NCBI GenBank assembly: GCA_964522105.1
Contig: CAZFVA010000014.1
Span: forward strand, 22,677 to 84,238
DNA: 61,562 bases
Direction: 5' to 3'
Origin: an uncultured Anaeromyxobacteraceae bacterium
Lineage (GTDB): Bacteria > Myxococcota_A > UBA9042 > DTJE01
A program made the position numbers and the translations under genes. Below are positions 48,133-56,807 of this stretch, one piece after another. Each line of letters starts with the position of its first letter. Within the stretch, counting starts at the first letter, position 1. Under the pieces are notes generated by a model that searched no databases, was not told where the DNA came from, and was given only the letters and a program-made list of their open reading frames with translations.

Positions 48133-48894
48133 TTACTTCTGCAGTTTCATCGGGCGTCCGCACATCGCGCAAGGTATCTGTCCTGTGGCCGTCTGTCTTG
48201 TCCGGGGGATTCGGACCCCGCACCGGTCACAGACCAGGAACACTTTGACAAATGAACTGCCCCTTTCGTCGGTTGATCTTCCCGACCTGACATCCTGATT
48301 ATCGCCTTCATGGCGTCTGGAGCCACTGCGGCTGCGGTCTGCGTTCGTCTGGTCAAACGGCAGCGTCATGTCCGAAGGCATCTGTGTCATCAGATTGGGA
48401 TCATCAGGCAACACAGTGGGGATGCCGTCATCACCGTTGTCAATTATGGCTGAATCGATGACTTCACTCGAGGCACAACCCGGTTCGCCCAGCCCCGGTT
48501 CAGGGGCGGTCGGTTCCGCCTCAACGATATCGAATGCCTTTCTGACGGCCCAGCGCACCTTTTTGGCGGCGTACATGACGTCAGTCATTCGTGACGTTCT
48601 GCCGTCACCGGCTTTTGCTGGTGTCGTAAAAAGGGCAAGAACACCGATCTGGTCGCTGACGGCTGACAGTTCGCCGATGTCCCTGATCGTTTCGTAAACC
48701 TTTCCAATATCCCACATGACACCGGCCGGACGGTCTGCCGCCTCGCACAGTGCCCTCAGATACTTTTCCGCACCCTGGGACGCTGAGTAGCGTGCGGCAG
48801 GGGCGCTGCGGCCGGCAAGTCTGCCTGCATCAAACAGATCGTCATCAGCTTCTTCAATAAGTCCGGCCACTTCTGCGGCTTCAATTGTTTTCAT
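48133..48894 (-). CDS. HEPN-like domain protein with acidic linker and C-terminal Zn-ribbon
   Basis: ADDDLFDA..L...A.YSASQGAEKYLRAL matches HEPN helices 1-2; the usual H-D-L position reads W-D-I; C-terminal CDRC..CAMC. Confidence 0.6.
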   Translation of the reverse strand: MKTIEAAEVAGLIEEADDDLFDAGRLAGRSAPAARYSASQGAEKYLRALCEAADRPAGVMWDIGKVYETIRDIGELSAVSDQIGVLALFTTPAKAGDGRTSRMTDVMYAAKKVRWAVRKAFDIVEAEPTAPEPGLGEPGCASSEVIDSAIIDNGDDGIPTVLPDDPNLMTQMPSDMTLPFDQTNADRSRSGSRRHEGDNQDVRSGRSTDERGSSFVKVFLVCDRCGVRIPRTRQTATGQIPCAMCGRPMKLQK

Positions 48895-49813
48895 GTTTTT
48901 CCTCGTCCGGGGGATTGCACCCTGATTGCGATTCTATCTGTGTGACTGTGTCCGCGATTTCCTGATTCCGGTGACTGACCCTGGTTCTGAACCCGGCCGC
49001 ACCCAGAATTTCAGCCATGCTTTCCGCCGTTGCGACCGATCTGTGTTGTCCGCCGGTACATCCAAAGGCGACCGTCACGAGCGGTCGTCCTTCCTGTTCG
49101 TGGAGTGGAAGACTGAACCGGAGCAGTTCTGTTGTTCTGTCCAGGAAAGTCTGCCATTCAGGCAATTCCCGCAGGAATGCCAGAATTTCAGGGTCCAGGC
49201 CGGTAAGCGGGCGGAGCTGTTTAACAAAATACGGGTTTTTCAGGAATCTGCAGTCAAAGACGTAAGATGCGTCGCGCGGGACCCCGTTTCTGTATCCGAA
49301 AGATACGATTTCCACGGCCATGCGACAGGAACTAGTCTTGTCGTAAGCCCTTTGAATCATTAATCTGAGGTTGTGAATGTTGATGTCGGTAGTGTCTATG
49401 ACCCAGTCCGCCATCACCTTGATTTTTGCCAGAATCTCGCGCTCGAGGTTCACCCCGTCGCGGATTGAACCGGAGATTGATTCCAGCGGGTGCCGTCGCC
49501 TGGTTTCGGAAAATCGCCTTACCAGGACGTCTTCTGACGCATCAAGGTAGATGATTTCCAGTTTGTGGCCAAGGTCCTTGACTTTATTGACTTCGGATGC
49601 GAACGAGTCAAGCAGAAACCTTTCCCGCACATCGATTCCGATGCACATTTTCGAGATTTCCGAGTGTGTATCAGCCAGATACAGGATCTTGTCCAGAAGC
49701 GGCAGCGGAAGGTTATCAACACAGAAAAACCCCAGATCTTCCATTGCCTTGATGACAGTGGATTTTCCGGAACCGGATAATCCGGTCACGATTACAATGT
49801 GTGCTGAATTCAA
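48881..49813 (-). CDS. rapZ: RNase adapter protein RapZ (YhbJ)
   Basis: TGLSGSGKS, DNLP, RRFSETRRRHPL, SFGY, FDCRFLKNPY, GCTGGQHRSV; TTG start at 49813 after GGAGG. Confidence 0.95.
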   Translation of the reverse strand: MNSAHIVIVTGLSGSGKSTVIKAMEDLGFFCVDNLPLPLLDKILYLADTHSEISKMCIGIDVRERFLLDSFASEVNKVKDLGHKLEIIYLDASEDVLVRRFSETRRRHPLESISGSIRDGVNLEREILAKIKVMADWVIDTTDINIHNLRLMIQRAYDKTSSCRMAVEIVSFGYRNGVPRDASYVFDCRFLKNPYFVKQLRPLTGLDPEILAFLRELPEWQTFLDRTTELLRFSLPLHEQEGRPLVTVAFGCTGGQHRSVATAESMAEILGAAGFRTRVSHRNQEIADTVTQIESQSGCNPPDEEKHENN

Positions 49814-49844
49814 CGTCTGTTGGTCCTCCCGGAGCCCCGGCCAA

Positions 49845-50144
49845 TCAATGTTTGCGCTTATCCACAATGATATCTTTGTGTTTTGCGATCTGGCGGGCCA
49901 GTTTTTCAATTACCGTATCAAGAATTGGGTAAATGTCGGTCGCTTTTTCGGAAGTCTTGAAAGTTTCGCCTTTGAACTGGACCAGCAGGTCGATGTGCGT
50001 CCATGCCTTTTCCATTGCAAGCGTAACCTTGACTTCAGCGTCATCGGGAAGATGCGGCCCGACGTGCTTTTCAATCTTTGATTCAATCAGTGAGCGAAGC
50101 TCGTCTGAAACGTTAATCTGACGAAGTGTAAACTGAACCTTCAT
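49845..50144 (-). CDS. hpf: Ribosome hibernation promoting factor, short HPF/RaiA type
   Basis: 99 aa directly downstream of rpoN; LR..I..KI.K, DIYPILD....KL.RQI.KHK. Confidence 0.88.
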   Translation of the reverse strand: MKVQFTLRQINVSDELRSLIESKIEKHVGPHLPDDAEVKVTLAMEKAWTHIDLLVQFKGETFKTSEKATDIYPILDTVIEKLARQIAKHKDIIVDKRKH

Positions 50145-50166
50145 GGTGGTCTCCTTCTAAAATTAA

Positions 50167-50195
50167 TCAGCCGACCGGCCCTTGCTGCCGGCTGA
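50167..50195 (-). terminator. Possible hairpin or intrinsic terminator between rpoN and hpf
   Basis: TCAGCCG...CGGCTGA stem followed on the minus strand by TTAATTTT. Confidence 0.3.
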
Positions 50196-50200
50196 ATGAA

Positions 50201-51688
50201 CTACATGAGTTCCTTCCTTCGTGAAGAAGGTGAAATCCCAAGAGCTTCACGGTACTTTGCAACCGTGCGTCTTGCAACATTCATGTCTTCTTTCTCAAGT
50301 ATTTCCACGATTTCCTGATCGGATAACGGCTTGTTCGGCCTTTCCGCGTCAATAAGCATTTTTATACGGGATTTGACGCTCATGGAAGAGTGGTCTTCAA
50401 CCCCGTAACCACCGCTGATTCTACTGGTGAAAAAGTATTTCAGTTCAAATATGCCCTGCGGTGTGTGTACATATTTGCTGGTTGTCACGCGGCTGATTGT
50501 TGACTGGTGCATGCCGACATCGTCTGCGACTTCCCGCAGCACCAGTGGTTTCAACTGTTCGACGCCGTAGTCCAGGAAGTCCCTCTGAAAACGCATGATG
50601 CTTTCTGTAACTTTGCGAATGGTTGTCTGACGTTGATTGATGGACTTGATTAACCAGGATGCCGCTTTCAGTTTATCTTGAACAAATTCGCGGGCTTCAC
50701 CCTTCGTCTTCTTTGCCAGTGTCTTTTCGTAGTACTGGCTTATCTTCAGCTTCGGCAGACCGTCGTCATTTACAACGACCATGTACTCGTCACCGACTTT
50801 AATCACATACACGTCAGGCTGGATGTAGATGATGTCATCTGTGGAAAACAGCCTTCCCGGTTTCGGTTCCATTGACTGGATAGTGTCTATCAGCAGTTTG
50901 ACGTCATCAAGGCTCAGCTTCAGAGCCCTGGCGATGACCTGGAAATTTCGTTTTTCAAGGTCGGGAAGATGGTTGTTGATGAGCTGCTGCAGCTTGTCGT
51001 TGTCCGGCCACGTCAACTGAGCCTGGGTAAGAAGACATTCCCGCAGATCACGGGATGCAACGCCGACCGGGTCAAATTCCCTTATTCTTGAAAGGACTTC
51101 GCGCACATGTTCAACCGACGTTTCGGTCGCCTCGGCAATCTCTTCATCAGAAACGTCGACCAGATAGCCGTCTTCATTGATGTTGCCGATGACATAAGCT
51201 CCGACTTCCTGGGACCTTCGCGGCAGGTCAGACAGCTTCAACTGCCACATCAGGTGTTCGACAAGTGAACTTTTATTGCAGACAGTCGCTTCAACAGACG
51301 GGAAATCTTCGTTAGATACCCGCAGTTGCGGCCCCTGAGAGTACATTGAATACCCTTCCACATAGCGTTCCCAGTCGATCTCTTCCCGTTTGGAGCCTGC
51401 CGGGTTTTCCGGTTCAGCGTGGGCGTCGTCGGCGTCGCGGACTGCTGTGCCGCGCAGTTCATTTTGAATTTCGCCGGAATCGTCGCTTTCGCGGGCGGCT
51501 TCGTCCAGGGACAGTGATTGAGAGCCTGTTTCAGATTCTTCAAGGGCAGGGTTGGAGTCAAGCTGCTGGCGGATCTCGTCGGCAAGTTCAAGCCTGGACA
51601 GTTGTAGTAGACGAATCGCCACCTGCAACTGCGGCGTGATAATCAGTTTCTGTTGGAGCCTTGTTCCAAGCTCTTGCCGGATATCCAT
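50201..51688 (-). CDS. rpoN: RNA polymerase sigma-54 factor
   Basis: TPQLQVAIRLLQL, DPVGVASRDLRECL, KPLVLREVA...HQSTISRV, RpoN box ARRTVAKYRE; start moved to ATG at 51688. Confidence 0.97.
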   Translation of the reverse strand: MDIRQELGTRLQQKLIITPQLQVAIRLLQLSRLELADEIRQQLDSNPALEESETGSQSLSLDEAARESDDSGEIQNELRGTAVRDADDAHAEPENPAGSKREEIDWERYVEGYSMYSQGPQLRVSNEDFPSVEATVCNKSSLVEHLMWQLKLSDLPRRSQEVGAYVIGNINEDGYLVDVSDEEIAEATETSVEHVREVLSRIREFDPVGVASRDLRECLLTQAQLTWPDNDKLQQLINNHLPDLEKRNFQVIARALKLSLDDVKLLIDTIQSMEPKPGRLFSTDDIIYIQPDVYVIKVGDEYMVVVNDDGLPKLKISQYYEKTLAKKTKGEAREFVQDKLKAASWLIKSINQRQTTIRKVTESIMRFQRDFLDYGVEQLKPLVLREVADDVGMHQSTISRVTTSKYVHTPQGIFELKYFFTSRISGGYGVEDHSSMSVKSRIKMLIDAERPNKPLSDQEIVEILEKEDMNVARRTVAKYREALGISPSSRRKELM

Positions 51689-51941
51689 AACTTCATAGTC
51701 CGTGGTGTTTCGGGCGTCTGCCCGTTTCACGAGCCCCCCGGGGCGCGTGCCCGCTTCGTGCTGCTGCAGCCGGCAAGGACCACATCAAATCAACGAACAA
51801 ATCAACGCTAACAGGGGTTGGCCGGGTTGTAAAGGTTATCGCTCAATACTACAATCCACCCGCTTTCGGGTAAGTGTCGACGGCAGGATTCAGGGCGCGC
51901 GCAGATGTGCGTTTTGTGAACAGAAACGGTGTTATTGACAG

Positions 51942-53057
51942 ATGTTTGGTATCTCAGAAAAAGGTACAGGTCTTTCGTTCGGCAATATTGACCTTGCCGA
52001 CGTAGAAGCGGTTCGCCTGACATTGAGGGGCGGGTCTGTCGTCGACTGGCACAGGCTTAACCTGCAGGACAAGGACGAAGTTGACCGGTTCCTTCTTGTG
52101 AACGGTTTCGACGTTCAGGACCCTGACGACGAGACGCGACTGCTGCATCTGCTGAAAGTTGCTGTCGAATATCTGGAATCAAATTTCAATTTTCATTTTC
52201 CTGCATGCTTGAAGCAGCCGGCTGCTGTTGAAGACATTCTGTTAATGGCATCGGGCAGTTCCGAGTTCCAGAAGCTTGCCTGTGTCATCCTGAAGGTCAT
52301 GCACGTTGTCAATCACGTTGAAAGTCAGCAGCTTCGGTTCAGGCTGGCAGTGCCCGAGGATCAGCTTTTTCAGATGGCTGTCGCGAGGGTTGATCAGACT
52401 ATTGCCGCGATGAGGATTTCCGGGGCGCCGATTCTTCACTACGCCGCCAACCGCAAGACCCGTGACTCGTTGATTACCAAGCTTCTGGCCAAAAAGACGA
52501 ACTTTGCGGCGGAGGTCTACGACAGGCTTCGGTTTCGCATCATAACCCGTGAATATCCTGATATAATTCCTGTTCTTTCGTATTTGAAGGATAACCTTTT
52601 TCCATACAACTACGTCGTTCCGGGTCAGTCCAGGAACCATATTATTACGACGGCGGCCTTGCTGGGCGAGATTCCCGAGTTGTGCGCAAGGGAGCCCGGT
52701 CTGGCAAACCGCTTTCTATACGAAGATGCCGAGGATGGCGATGATCTGAACCAGGAAATTAATGCGTTTTCGGGTCAGTCCTTCAAGATGATTAACTTCG
52801 TTGTCGAGCTGCCGATCAAGGTTCGCGAGCTTGTTGCCAAAGACAATCCAGATATGGCCGAACTGGGAAATCTTGTTTACATCCAGATCGAATTTCAGTT
52901 TTTTGACGAGAAGACCTGGGCATCAAACGAAGTTGGCGACAACAATCATGAACGTTACAAGGACCGGCAGCGCTGGGAAGTTATCCGGCGGCTGGTTCAC
53001 GGTAATCGTTACGGGATGGCCGATGACCCTGGTTGGGAAGGCAAGACCCGCTGGTAG
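51942..53057 (+). CDS. TIGR04552-like protein with RelA/SpoT synthetase-fold motifs
   Basis: LRGGSVVDWHRL N-terminus recalled as typical of this family; RKTRDSLITKL, YDRLRFRII, IEFQ, NHERYK. Confidence 0.7.
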   Translation: MFGISEKGTGLSFGNIDLADVEAVRLTLRGGSVVDWHRLNLQDKDEVDRFLLVNGFDVQDPDDETRLLHLLKVAVEYLESNFNFHFPACLKQPAAVEDILLMASGSSEFQKLACVILKVMHVVNHVESQQLRFRLAVPEDQLFQMAVARVDQTIAAMRISGAPILHYAANRKTRDSLITKLLAKKTNFAAEVYDRLRFRIITREYPDIIPVLSYLKDNLFPYNYVVPGQSRNHIITTAALLGEIPELCAREPGLANRFLYEDAEDGDDLNQEINAFSGQSFKMINFVVELPIKVRELVAKDNPDMAELGNLVYIQIEFQFFDEKTWASNEVGDNNHERYKDRQRWEVIRRLVHGNRYGMADDPGWEGKTRW

Positions 53058-53068
53058 TCGGCACCGTT

Positions 53069-53866
53069 CTATTTCCCAAGCAATTCAATGATTTCGCACG
53101 CATCTGGCCGGTCGGCAGGATTTGGGGCAAGCATGTCTCGAAACAGCGCTTTGATTTTGTCATCAAGTCTGGTCAATTCATCCAGAAGCTGAATCGCGGT
53201 TGTTTCCGCGCGAAGTTTTAGAACTTCTTCAGGATGTTTTGCTTCTGCCCACGGCGTCTTCCCGGCTGTTGCCGACATCAATGAAATTGCCAGTGACCAG
53301 ATTTCAGCGGCCGGCGTCACCGGTTCACCTGCAAGCATCTGGTCGGACATGTAGTGCAGTGTTCCCAGGATAAGGTCCGACCTGTTCTGGCTGGTTTCAA
53401 CGGCTCCACGAATATCGACTAAAGTCAGTCCGTCCGAGTTGCGTCCGGCGACAGGCCCGAAAATCATGTTCGACGGGGAAACGTCGGCATGCATTACAGG
53501 TGAAACCGGGCTTCCCCTGTGCAGGTATGCCAGGGCGCACAGAGCGTCTTCAAACATGACGATGATATCGCTGCTGGAAATCTCGGTTCCGCCCATCAGG
53601 CTGCGAACGGACTTTCCTTCCACCCACTGTGAAATCTGCATCAGAGTGCCGTCGTCGTCGGTGCCGTGCCATAAAAGCTTCTGCAGGCGGGGGTGGTCAA
53701 GCTTGTAAAGTATTGATGCGTCAGGCATTACGCGTGGTGAAGCTGTCAGGGCAGAGCCGAAATAACGCCGCACAACGACATTTTTTTCGCCCAGCTTTGC
53801 AGCCCAGACTTCAACGCCGAAGCCGAAAGAAAGAGGATGTGACAGTTTAATGCCGTTCCGAATCAC
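53069..53866 (-). CDS. Degenerate Ser/Thr kinase-like protein (probable pseudokinase)
   Basis: Kinase fold (LDHPRL, ALAYLH, HADVSPSN, GTLHYMS, IWSL, RP), but beta3 Lys is Arg, DFG is DIR and APE is SDQ. Confidence 0.75.
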   Translation of the reverse strand: MIRNGIKLSHPLSFGFGVEVWAAKLGEKNVVVRRYFGSALTASPRVMPDASILYKLDHPRLQKLLWHGTDDDGTLMQISQWVEGKSVRSLMGGTEISSSDIIVMFEDALCALAYLHRGSPVSPVMHADVSPSNMIFGPVAGRNSDGLTLVDIRGAVETSQNRSDLILGTLHYMSDQMLAGEPVTPAAEIWSLAISLMSATAGKTPWAEAKHPEEVLKLRAETTAIQLLDELTRLDDKIKALFRDMLAPNPADRPDACEIIELLGK

Positions 53867-53890
53867 ATCGCCCCCTGCCAGATTCGCACG

Positions 53891-54958
53891 TCAGGAATTT
53901 GAAAGCTCTTTCAGCTCTTCGTAAATCTTCTTTTCTTTGCGGGAAAGGTTCATTGGAATTCTGACCTTGATCTGAACCCACAGGTCGCCCCGGCCACGCG
54001 ACTGAAGTTTTGGCATGCCACGGCCCCTGATCTGAATAAGTTCATCAGGTTGCGCACCCTGCGGGATGTCAACATCAACTGCATCGCCAAGGATATCTGC
54101 GATAGGTTTTCTGGCGCCAAGGACTGCGTCGGCCACTTCAACCTGCATCTCGGTAACAAGGTCGTCGCCTTCACGGCGGAACGTTTCGTGATCGTTAACT
54201 TCTATGACGACATACAGGTCCCCGGCCGGAGCGCCCATTGCGCCAGCCCCGCCTGCGCCTGTAACCCTTATGGAATTGCCGGTGTCGATACCGGCTGGAA
54301 TCTTCACTTTGTATGTCTTGTCGGTAAGGTAGCGCCCGGCCCCGCCGCACTTGCTGCACTTTTCGCGAATCACGCGGCCGGTTCCACCGCAGCTTGAACA
54401 CGTTGTGGTTATTGTAAACAGACCCTGGCTGTGCGCCATCCGCCCCCGGCCCCCGCAGGCGCGGCAAGTCTCGGGCGTTGTCCCGGCTTTAGAGCCGTTT
54501 CCGCCGCAGGCGTCGCAAGATTCTTCCTTTCGGAGATGGATTTCCTTTTCGATGCCTTTTGCTGCGTCTTCCAGCGAGATTGACTGCCCGGTCTGCTGGT
54601 CGCGGCCTTTTGTCGGGCCACCGCGCTGCCGTCCGCCGCCGAATATGTCACCGAAGCCGCCTCCGAAGGCGCCGCCGAACATGTCCATGAACGACGAGAA
54701 TATGTCTTCAGGATGGAAATCGTACCCCTGTCCCCTGAGCCCCGACGCGCCGTACTGGTCATAAATCTGGCGTTTTTTAGGGTCGGACAGGACGTCGTAC
54801 GCTTCCGCCACTTCCTTGAACTTCTCTTCCGCTTCAGGATTGTCGGGGTTGCGGTCCGGGTGGTATTGGATGGCAAGACGTCTGTATGCCTTCTTCAGTT
54901 CAGTGGCATCGACGTCTCGCGAAACACTCAAAATGCTGTAGTAGTCTTTGTCAGCCAT
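53891..54958 (-). CDS. dnaJ: Chaperone DnaJ (class A)
   Basis: DYYSIL, YHPDRNP, G/F region, four CxxCxGxG repeats, GDLYV; start moved to ATG at 54958. Confidence 0.96.
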   Translation of the reverse strand: MADKDYYSILSVSRDVDATELKKAYRRLAIQYHPDRNPDNPEAEEKFKEVAEAYDVLSDPKKRQIYDQYGASGLRGQGYDFHPEDIFSSFMDMFGGAFGGGFGDIFGGGRQRGGPTKGRDQQTGQSISLEDAAKGIEKEIHLRKEESCDACGGNGSKAGTTPETCRACGGRGRMAHSQGLFTITTTCSSCGGTGRVIREKCSKCGGAGRYLTDKTYKVKIPAGIDTGNSIRVTGAGGAGAMGAPAGDLYVVIEVNDHETFRREGDDLVTEMQVEVADAVLGARKPIADILGDAVDVDIPQGAQPDELIQIRGRGMPKLQSRGRGDLWVQIKVRIPMNLSRKEKKIYEELKELSNS

Positions 54959-55032
54959 GGCGACAGTTATTAAGGGCATCGGGCACCTTTCTGTCAATCC
55001 CGAATTGCATCCAGATTGAACAAAAAGATATT

Positions 55033-55052
55033 AATCAATCGTTTGATTGACA
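55033..55052 (+). promoter_or_regulatory. Palindromic TetR-type operator overlapping a -35 box
   Basis: TCAATC-GTTT-GATTGA (55035-55050) overlapping TTGACA (55047-55052), upstream of the TetR gene. Confidence 0.6.
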
Positions 55053-55113
55053 AAATTCAGGGGTGGTGGTCCAATTGATTCAGGTTCTGACTGGCGTGTA
55101 AAAGGGGAAAACT

Positions 55114-55758
55114 ATGGCCGATCGCGAACAACAACAGGATGACGGGAAGCGGGCAAGTCTGATTGAGGCCGCCGCAGAACTGTTTATTCACAAGGGATTT
55201 GCTTCCAGTGGCATCCGCGAGATTGCATCGAAGGCTGGATGTAACATCTCGATGATTAAATACTATTTTGGTTCCAAGGAAGGGTTGCTTCAGGAAATCG
55301 TCAAGCCGAGGGCCGAGAATCTGTGGTCAAGTCTTGAAAAATTTGCCCACGACGACATGGACCCGGTCGACAGGTTGAATAGCCTGATAGATGAAATGGT
55401 ACGAATTTTCGGGCGCAACCGGGTGATGATCGGGATAGTGGCCCGCGAGATGATATTCAGTCAAAGCAAGATGTTACCGATTTTCCTTCCGTTGCTGGGG
55501 CGGAATGCAGGCCGTTTAATTGCGGTCGTCAAGAGGGCTCTTGATGACGCCGGAGTGACTGGCGTAAAGCCGCAGGCTGTAGCGCTTGTCATCATATCGT
55601 CGTTTATCTACGCAGTAGTCGCCGAACCGATTATCAGAAAGATCCTTGTTGAGCGTGATGGGCTTGTCGATTCTGAACATGTCGATATTTTTGTTGAATT
55701 TGTTGGTCCGACTTTAAAGGCCATGCTTGCCGGATTGACGGTGGAGTCACAAAAATGA
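55114..55758 (+). CDS. TetR/AcrR-family regulator (CecR/YbiH-like position)
   Basis: LIEAAAELFIHKGF...IREIASKAGCN...YYFGSKEGL. Confidence 0.93.
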   Translation: MADREQQQDDGKRASLIEAAAELFIHKGFASSGIREIASKAGCNISMIKYYFGSKEGLLQEIVKPRAENLWSSLEKFAHDDMDPVDRLNSLIDEMVRIFGRNRVMIGIVAREMIFSQSKMLPIFLPLLGRNAGRLIAVVKRALDDAGVTGVKPQAVALVIISSFIYAVVAEPIIRKILVERDGLVDSEHVDIFVEFVGPTLKAMLAGLTVESQK

Positions 55759-56807
55759 AGAAATTCATCGCGGTACTGATTGTTCTGTCTGTGGTGCTCG
55801 GGTCGGCCCTGGCGTACAAGCTTTACCTTGATAAACAGGCCCTTAAAATGCCGCCGGGCAGTTCAGGTGTCGTTGAAGGTACTACAACCCTGATTTCGGC
55901 AAGGATCGGTGCGCGGATAGATTCAATTGAAGTCAGGGAAGGTGATTCGGTGAAGGCCGGTGACGTGCTGGTCAAACTGGACTGCAGCGAACTTGATTCG
56001 GTCGTTGAAGGCGCAAAAAGTCAGGTGGCCATGTCCAGGGCTCGTGTGGCGCAGGCGACGGCTTCGGCCGAAGCGGCCCTGTACCGCGAAAAGGCCGCGT
56101 TTGCGCAGGCGTCAAGCAGTCGGGTCAATCTTGGCACTATCAAATTGAACAGTGAAAACGCAGATCGCCAGAAGGACAGGGCAGTCAAACTGAACAAGCA
56201 GGAAGTCATGCCCCTGAATTCGCTGGAAAACTATGAGACGACGGCGGCAGGCCTGGACGTCAGCCTGAAGGCGGCCGATGTGGCGGTCAAGGCGGCCGTC
56301 ATGAACGCAAAGTCGGCAGACCTTCAGGAAGATGCGGCAAAGGGTGCAATTCAGGAAGCTGAAGGTGGGCTTGCTGCGGCCGAGGCCGGTCTGAGGCGGG
56401 CTGAGATTAATCAGAAAGAGTGTGTTCTGACGGCTCCGTCGGATGGAGTTGTGACGATTCGGTCAAAAGAGCCGGGCGAAACGGTGCTGCCCGGGTCAAC
56501 TCTGCTTGAAATCACGGATTCCAGGGTGGTGAAGATCAACTTCTTTGTCAGGACGGCTGAAGTCGCGGTCGTAACAAGCGGAATGGCAGTTCGGGTAGTT
56601 GCAGACGCAATCGCGGACCAGGTCTTTGATGGGAAAATCGTAAAGGTTTCGCAGAATGCCGAATTTACGCCCAGGAACATTCAGACAAGGTCAGATCGGG
56701 ACAGGCTGGTCTTTGAGGTCGAGGCCGCCGTTGATAATGTTGACGGTCGGCTGAAGCCCGGGATGCCGGTTGAGGTCCAGGTCGTGGACGCGGGGGCGCC
56801 CAGATGA
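55755..56807 (+). CDS. HlyD-family membrane fusion protein (YbhG-like)
   Basis: N-terminal TM, lipoyl-like half motifs, coiled coil, AEFTPRNIQT...R..LVF, LKPGMP. Confidence 0.92.
   Translation: MKKFIAVLIVLSVVLGSALAYKLYLDKQALKMPPGSSGVVEGTTTLISARIGARIDSIEVREGDSVKAGDVLVKLDCSELDSVVEGAKSQVAMSRARVAQATASAEAALYREKAAFAQASSSRVNLGTIKLNSENADRQKDRAVKLNKQEVMPLNSLENYETTAAGLDVSLKAADVAVKAAVMNAKSADLQEDAAKGAIQEAEGGLAAAEAGLRRAEINQKECVLTAPSDGVVTIRSKEPGETVLPGSTLLEITDSRVVKINFFVRTAEVAVVTSGMAVRVVADAIADQVFDGKIVKVSQNAEFTPRNIQTRSDRDRLVFEVEAAVDNVDGRLKPGMPVEVQVVDAGAPR

Noticed and set aside
48133-48894. HEPN-MNT toxin-antitoxin pair
   Set aside because: No nucleotidyltransferase gene is adjacent and the catalytic His is missing.
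51786-51807. CAAATCAACG direct repeat (12-bp period) upstream of rpoN
   Set aside because: Only two short copies; could be a regulator site but is indistinguishable from chance without comparative data.
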